From a virus, in the IMG/VR virus record IMGVR_UViG_3300037010_000424, positions 6,463-70,462 of that record: a stretch of 64,000 bases of DNA. The stretch is one strand, 5' to 3'. Below are positions 60,249 to 64,000 of the stretch, piece by piece (within the stretch, counting starts at the first letter, position 1; each line of letters begins with the position of its first letter). Position numbers and translations under genes: made by a program. The notes under the pieces are model-generated. The model worked only from the letters and a program-made list of their open reading frames with translations. It was not told the origin of the DNA and did no database searches.

Positions 60249-60331
60249 AAGAACAAAACGAACGCACTAAGTACCTTTACACAATCCTAATTGTATTAGT
60301 GTTGTGTAAAGTCTGCCAATTATTATTTTAA
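60245..60331 (+). CDS. Putative 28-aa hydrophobic peptide
   Basis: MKEQNERTKYLYTILIVLVLCKVCQLLF; ATGA overlap with the RNase H stop. Confidence 0.4.
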   Translation: MKEQNERTKYLYTILIVLVLCKVCQLLF

Positions 60332-60347
60332 CTGTATAGGTTTACAG

Positions 60348-60785
60348 ATGTTTACAATGCAAGGTGATTTAATCGAACTCGCTAAAACTGGTGAATTCGA
60401 TGTAGTGTTACATGGGTGTAACTGTTATAATACAATGGATAAAGGAATTGCCGCCCAGTTTAAAGAACATTTCCCAATGGTGTATGAAGCTGATTGTAGA
60501 ACGCTAAAAGGAAACCCACAAAAGTTAGGAACATATAGCCGTGTTACACTTCCAAATGGTGTTATTGTACTTAATTGTTATACGCGATATCGTTACGGTC
60601 CAAACAGTGTAAATTACCAAGCAGTACGTGAGGTTTTACGTGGTGTTAGAGACGAGTTTGTTGGTAAAAAAGTAGGTATGTCGATGATAGGTGCTGGGTT
60701 GGCTGGAGGAGATTGGGAAAGGATTTCTAAGTACATTGACAAATATTTACCAAACTCAACTGTTGTGGAGTGGGATAATGGATGA
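60348..60785 (+). CDS. Macrodomain ADP-ribose hydrolase (DarG/Poa1/T4 Tk.4-like)
   Basis: GDLI...HGCNC...M.KGIA.QFK..FP and IGAGLAGGDW. Confidence 0.92.
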   Translation: MFTMQGDLIELAKTGEFDVVLHGCNCYNTMDKGIAAQFKEHFPMVYEADCRTLKGNPQKLGTYSRVTLPNGVIVLNCYTRYRYGPNSVNYQAVREVLRGVRDEFVGKKVGMSMIGAGLAGGDWERISKYIDKYLPNSTVVEWDNG

Positions 60786-60963
60786 GTACACGCACCTAGT
60801 ATACGACGGTAACCTCGGTGTAGTGGCTGTGTTTACTGCGTGGGAAAAAGCCAATGCGTGGATAGCTGCCAATACTGCAAATTCTATCTACGGTTTGCGA
60901 TGTGAGACTAAACCGGTAAATGTAAATTTTGAATACAAACCTAAACAAAGACCAGTGTATTAA
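60778..60963 (+). CDS. Small hypothetical protein
   Basis: 61 aa from ATG 60778, overlapping the macrodomain stop. Confidence 0.5.
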   Translation: MDEYTHLVYDGNLGVVAVFTAWEKANAWIAANTANSIYGLRCETKPVNVNFEYKPKQRPVY

Positions 60964-60988
60964 CTAAACGATTTAAAAAGGAAACACA

Positions 60989-62257
60989 ATGTCAAACCCA
61001 ATATACGGTTTCTTAAATATTAACCGATTTTTTAATGGTCAGGCTGGAATAAATCCAGTCGGACAAATAAGTCCTAAAGGCATGACGTTCGGAACAAGCT
61101 CCGAATACTCAGCCGATAACTCCAATTCACAATTAATTATATTCCAACCAAACCTATTACCTGTTGTTGCAACAATTGAATGGATAACTGGTTTAGCCAC
61201 ACAACTCAGTGGGGTAGTGAATTACACCGTTTCACAGTCGTCGTTGCTGAACAACATTATTACTGCGCTGGGGACACGATTTACAAATATCACGATTGGC
61301 ACTGTAGTGATGAACCCAGTCGATGGTAAGGGGTATCCGACATTTATAAAATTCACGTATACCACTACACTTGGTTCAGCCACTTTTAAAGTTTGGTTAG
61401 CAAATACAAACTTTATAAATGAGTATCCGGACGGTGACATAACTGTAGTAACGCCGATTATAAACGTAAGTGATTTGTTTAACAACTTTGCTGCATGTAA
61501 AGCTGTGGTTGACAAACTGACAGTTATGTCGATAATTAACGAGGTAGCTACGCTAAACCTACCTATTCCAGAAACGGGAATTTATACCAACACATTTCGT
61601 GTAAATAACCGAGCAAATGTTGCGCTGTGGTTTGACCTACCTGTGGCGTTTGTTTATCATGGTGGGACGATGTATAATAACCCGACATCGTTTTTACAAG
61701 CGTTTGTTGATTACTTAGTTAAGAACAGTACAATCACTCTAGCGCAGTGGGAAACTGTTATACCGTCTTTGCTACCAACTGATAAATTTTACGTGATACC
61801 AGCCTGGAATAACGTGGCTGTTTCAGTCGGTGTTGATATAGGTAGTCCCACCATTAAAGTTTTTGACAATCCAGGAATGGTAATCGCCGAGACATATTTT
61901 CCAGAGTTATTACCAGCAGATGTAAATGGTGTATTAGACTACACCACTTTACAGTTCGGGTCATATGGCGCATATATAGTTCCAGACATTAGTAACGCAG
62001 ATGGTCGTATTCCATTCAGAACTAAATTTAACGATTACTTTTTAGTTCCAGTTAATGATGTTTTGATTAATAGACAGTCAGTTGAAACACAAAACGCGAT
62101 TGTATTGTTAACTAATCTGGTTCGTTATGCAAGTGACCCTGCGATTCTAGTTACACCACCCTCTGGATATGAACTAGAAATTAAAGGTAGTAAGACTTAT
62201 TTATTGGGTACGGTAAACCGTATTACATTCGCTGTACTAATTAACACGGGGGTGTAA
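60989..62257 (+). CDS. Virion structural protein (gp157-like)
   Basis: GQISP.G.TF, FKVWLAN..F..EYP, W..VIP.L.....FYVIP.W; synteny. Confidence 0.68.
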   Translation: MSNPIYGFLNINRFFNGQAGINPVGQISPKGMTFGTSSEYSADNSNSQLIIFQPNLLPVVATIEWITGLATQLSGVVNYTVSQSSLLNNIITALGTRFTNITIGTVVMNPVDGKGYPTFIKFTYTTTLGSATFKVWLANTNFINEYPDGDITVVTPIINVSDLFNNFAACKAVVDKLTVMSIINEVATLNLPIPETGIYTNTFRVNNRANVALWFDLPVAFVYHGGTMYNNPTSFLQAFVDYLVKNSTITLAQWETVIPSLLPTDKFYVIPAWNNVAVSVGVDIGSPTIKVFDNPGMVIAETYFPELLPADVNGVLDYTTLQFGSYGAYIVPDISNADGRIPFRTKFNDYFLVPVNDVLINRQSVETQNAIVLLTNLVRYASDPAILVTPPSGYELEIKGSKTYLLGTVNRITFAVLINTGV

Positions 62258-62258
62258 T

Positions 62259-62885
62259 ATGGCATTGTCAATTCTAATTGGTACTGTTGGCATATTCACT
62301 TTATCATCACCATTTACAATTGGTAAAGTAAATTATACCATAACCAAACTCAACCTTATTAAACCATTATTGGCGTCTGGCGTAGATGTATTTAATACGT
62401 ATTATGCACCAGCCAATATATCGTTGATTAAATTCAATGAAGACGTGGCAAATGGTCACGCTATAGTGACCCTAGAGTCTGATGATGGTCCAACAATCAA
62501 CGTACCCAGTGGTTACATAGCCTTGGCTCCAATCGAGCCAGCAGTGTTGTATTCTCATGTAGTTTTGTCTGTGGATTTAGGTGACCTACCAGATGAAATT
62601 AATCTAGCGCAAATGAAAGAGGACATAAAAACTATTACTGATGGTTCAGTTGGGACTGACACTATAGTCAGCTTGCATATCCTACCTGCATCAAAGGTGT
62701 ATAGCCATGAGGATTACGTTGCATCTGAAATGGAACGTAACGCTAGGGTCATAGAGTACGTTTCATTCTACACAAGTAAAGTCTCGGCTGATGACGAGTT
62801 GGCTTTGGCTAAAACCACAATAAATAAATATTCTAAAATTATCATATCTTTAAAAGAACAACTCAAAGTAGCACAATCGTCGTAA
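62259..62885 (+). CDS. Conserved jumbo-phage protein (gp161-like position)
   Basis: G.F.L..PF, VPSGYI, VLSVDLGDLPD, C-terminal coiled coil. Confidence 0.6.
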   Translation: MALSILIGTVGIFTLSSPFTIGKVNYTITKLNLIKPLLASGVDVFNTYYAPANISLIKFNEDVANGHAIVTLESDDGPTINVPSGYIALAPIEPAVLYSHVVLSVDLGDLPDEINLAQMKEDIKTITDGSVGTDTIVSLHILPASKVYSHEDYVASEMERNARVIEYVSFYTSKVSADDELALAKTTINKYSKIIISLKEQLKVAQSS

Positions 62886-62897
62886 GTTACATTAACT

Positions 62898-62931
62898 TGA
62901 CGAGTATCACAGGAATCTGCGATACTCGTCA
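62898..62931. terminator. Hairpin with one mismatch
   Basis: TGACGAGTATC(a)CAG-gaat-CTG(c)GATACTCGTCA. Confidence 0.7.
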
Positions 62932-62943
62932 TTAAAACAAACA

Positions 62944-62953
62944 TATATTATCT
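62944..62953 (+). promoter_or_regulatory. Early-type promoter TATATTATCT
   Basis: AAACATATATTATCT. Confidence 0.72.
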
Positions 62954-63006
62954 ATGTGGTAATCTTAACAAATTACCTAATCATTTTTTTAAAAAAAGGA
63001 GTTCCC

Positions 63007-63576
63007 GTGTTTAAATCTATTCGTACAATCGCCCTACTGTATATGTTAGTCGTACTATATTGCTGGCAATCTAGTATATTGAATGCTGGTGGTTTACAAG
63101 GAATATCACATAGTTGGTATTTCATTTTTGGTCACATAGTGGCTGGTTTGTTTATCGTTTTATCATTACCAGTTTTATGGGATTTTAAAACCAAAACTAC
63201 AATACCACCCCAATGCCATGACATGCTTTACAAGTGTTTAAGTTTAATGTTCCCAGCAGTTGAACGAAGACACTGTGTAATCACTGAACAGTATTTCTCA
63301 TCAGATAAATGGACTGTTACATTAGAACATCAATTTTATCATATTTACAATGGCGCATTCAGTGTACGTGTTACGATTGCGTACACTGGTGCAATTGATA
63401 TACAGTGTGAATTAACTGTCAATGAACGTATGTTACCCAAAGCGTCAATCAACACACTAGGTCGTAGCGTGTCCATGTACGTGGTAAAGTGTCCATTTCG
63501 TACACGTGAAGAGTTTGATTCAATATTGCGTGATAAGTGCATAGAGTATTCACTCCCAGTCACCACACTTAAATAA
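63007..63576 (+). CDS. Membrane protein (two N-terminal TM helices)
   Basis: AAGGAG before GTG 63007; two hydrophobic segments. Confidence 0.65.
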   Translation: MFKSIRTIALLYMLVVLYCWQSSILNAGGLQGISHSWYFIFGHIVAGLFIVLSLPVLWDFKTKTTIPPQCHDMLYKCLSLMFPAVERRHCVITEQYFSSDKWTVTLEHQFYHIYNGAFSVRVTIAYTGAIDIQCELTVNERMLPKASINTLGRSVSMYVVKCPFRTREEFDSILRDKCIEYSLPVTTLK

Positions 63577-63599
63577 AACATTTATAATAAGAGGTTATT

Positions 63600-64000
63600 A
63601 TGTCACAAAAAACAGTTACATTAGGTCTGAACAAAGAAAACATGATTGGTGCATTGAAAAATTCATTTACCAATAAGGAAACGTTCCTTGGTGAATTAAT
63701 GCAGAATGCACGTCGTGCTGGTGCAACAAAAATCAAATTTAAGTACGACGAAGAACATAACACACTAACTATTGAAGATGATGGTTGTGGGTTGGATAAC
63801 TTTGAAACACTTTTAACAGTTGCCGAAAGTGGTTGGTCAAAAGAAGTAGTAGAAGCGGAAAGTCCATTTGGCGTTGGGTTTCTGTCTGCTATATTTTCTT
63901 GTGAAGAGGTACAGATTGTTTCAAAGTGTGGAGTGTTACATTGTCTTACCGAAGATTTGTTGCAATTTAAACCATGTACAGTTATCCCCGAAGGTGGTAT
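63600..64000 (+). CDS. GHKL (HATPase_c, Hsp90/MutL-like) ATP-binding protein, partial
   Basis: Read by hand: ELMQNARRAGA (N box), LTIEDDGCG (G1), SPFGVGFLS (G2); GAGG upstream; runs off the right edge. Confidence 0.85.
   Translation, partial: MSQKTVTLGLNKENMIGALKNSFTNKETFLGELMQNARRAGATKIKFKYDEEHNTLTIEDDGCGLDNFETLLTVAESGWSKEVVEAESPFGVGFLSAIFSCEEVQIVSKCGVLHCLTEDLLQFKPCTVIPEGG

Overview
This is a 64-kb AT-rich segment of a phiKZ-like (Chimalliviridae-type, probably nucleus-forming) jumbo phage. Gene order follows the phiKZ gp79-gp161 core: virion RNAP beta' subunit, split family-B DNA polymerase subunit, inner-head and baseplate proteins, DnaB, major capsid protein, non-virion RNAP beta subunit, RuvC, portal, tail-fibre cluster and RNase H. 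The phiKZ gp numbers are inferred from synteny, size and recalled motifs, not from a database search. Main observations: (1) a complete group I intron (7470-8232) splits the polymerase gene and carries a truncated HNH-like ORF in loop L1; (2) a DarG1/NADAR-like domain is fused to the gp155-type RNase H and sits next to a macrodomain, a candidate dual eraser of DNA ADP-ribosylation (anti-DarTG) that may ride into the phage nucleus; (3) accessory cassettes are each headed by a TATAT(T/C)ATCT promoter and bounded by long, often loop-less palindromes, and one promoter subclass has a covarying 5'-leader hairpin; (4) four paralogous fibre-like genes are built on one ~80-aa module with different inserts. 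No tRNA, rRNA or CRISPR array was found.
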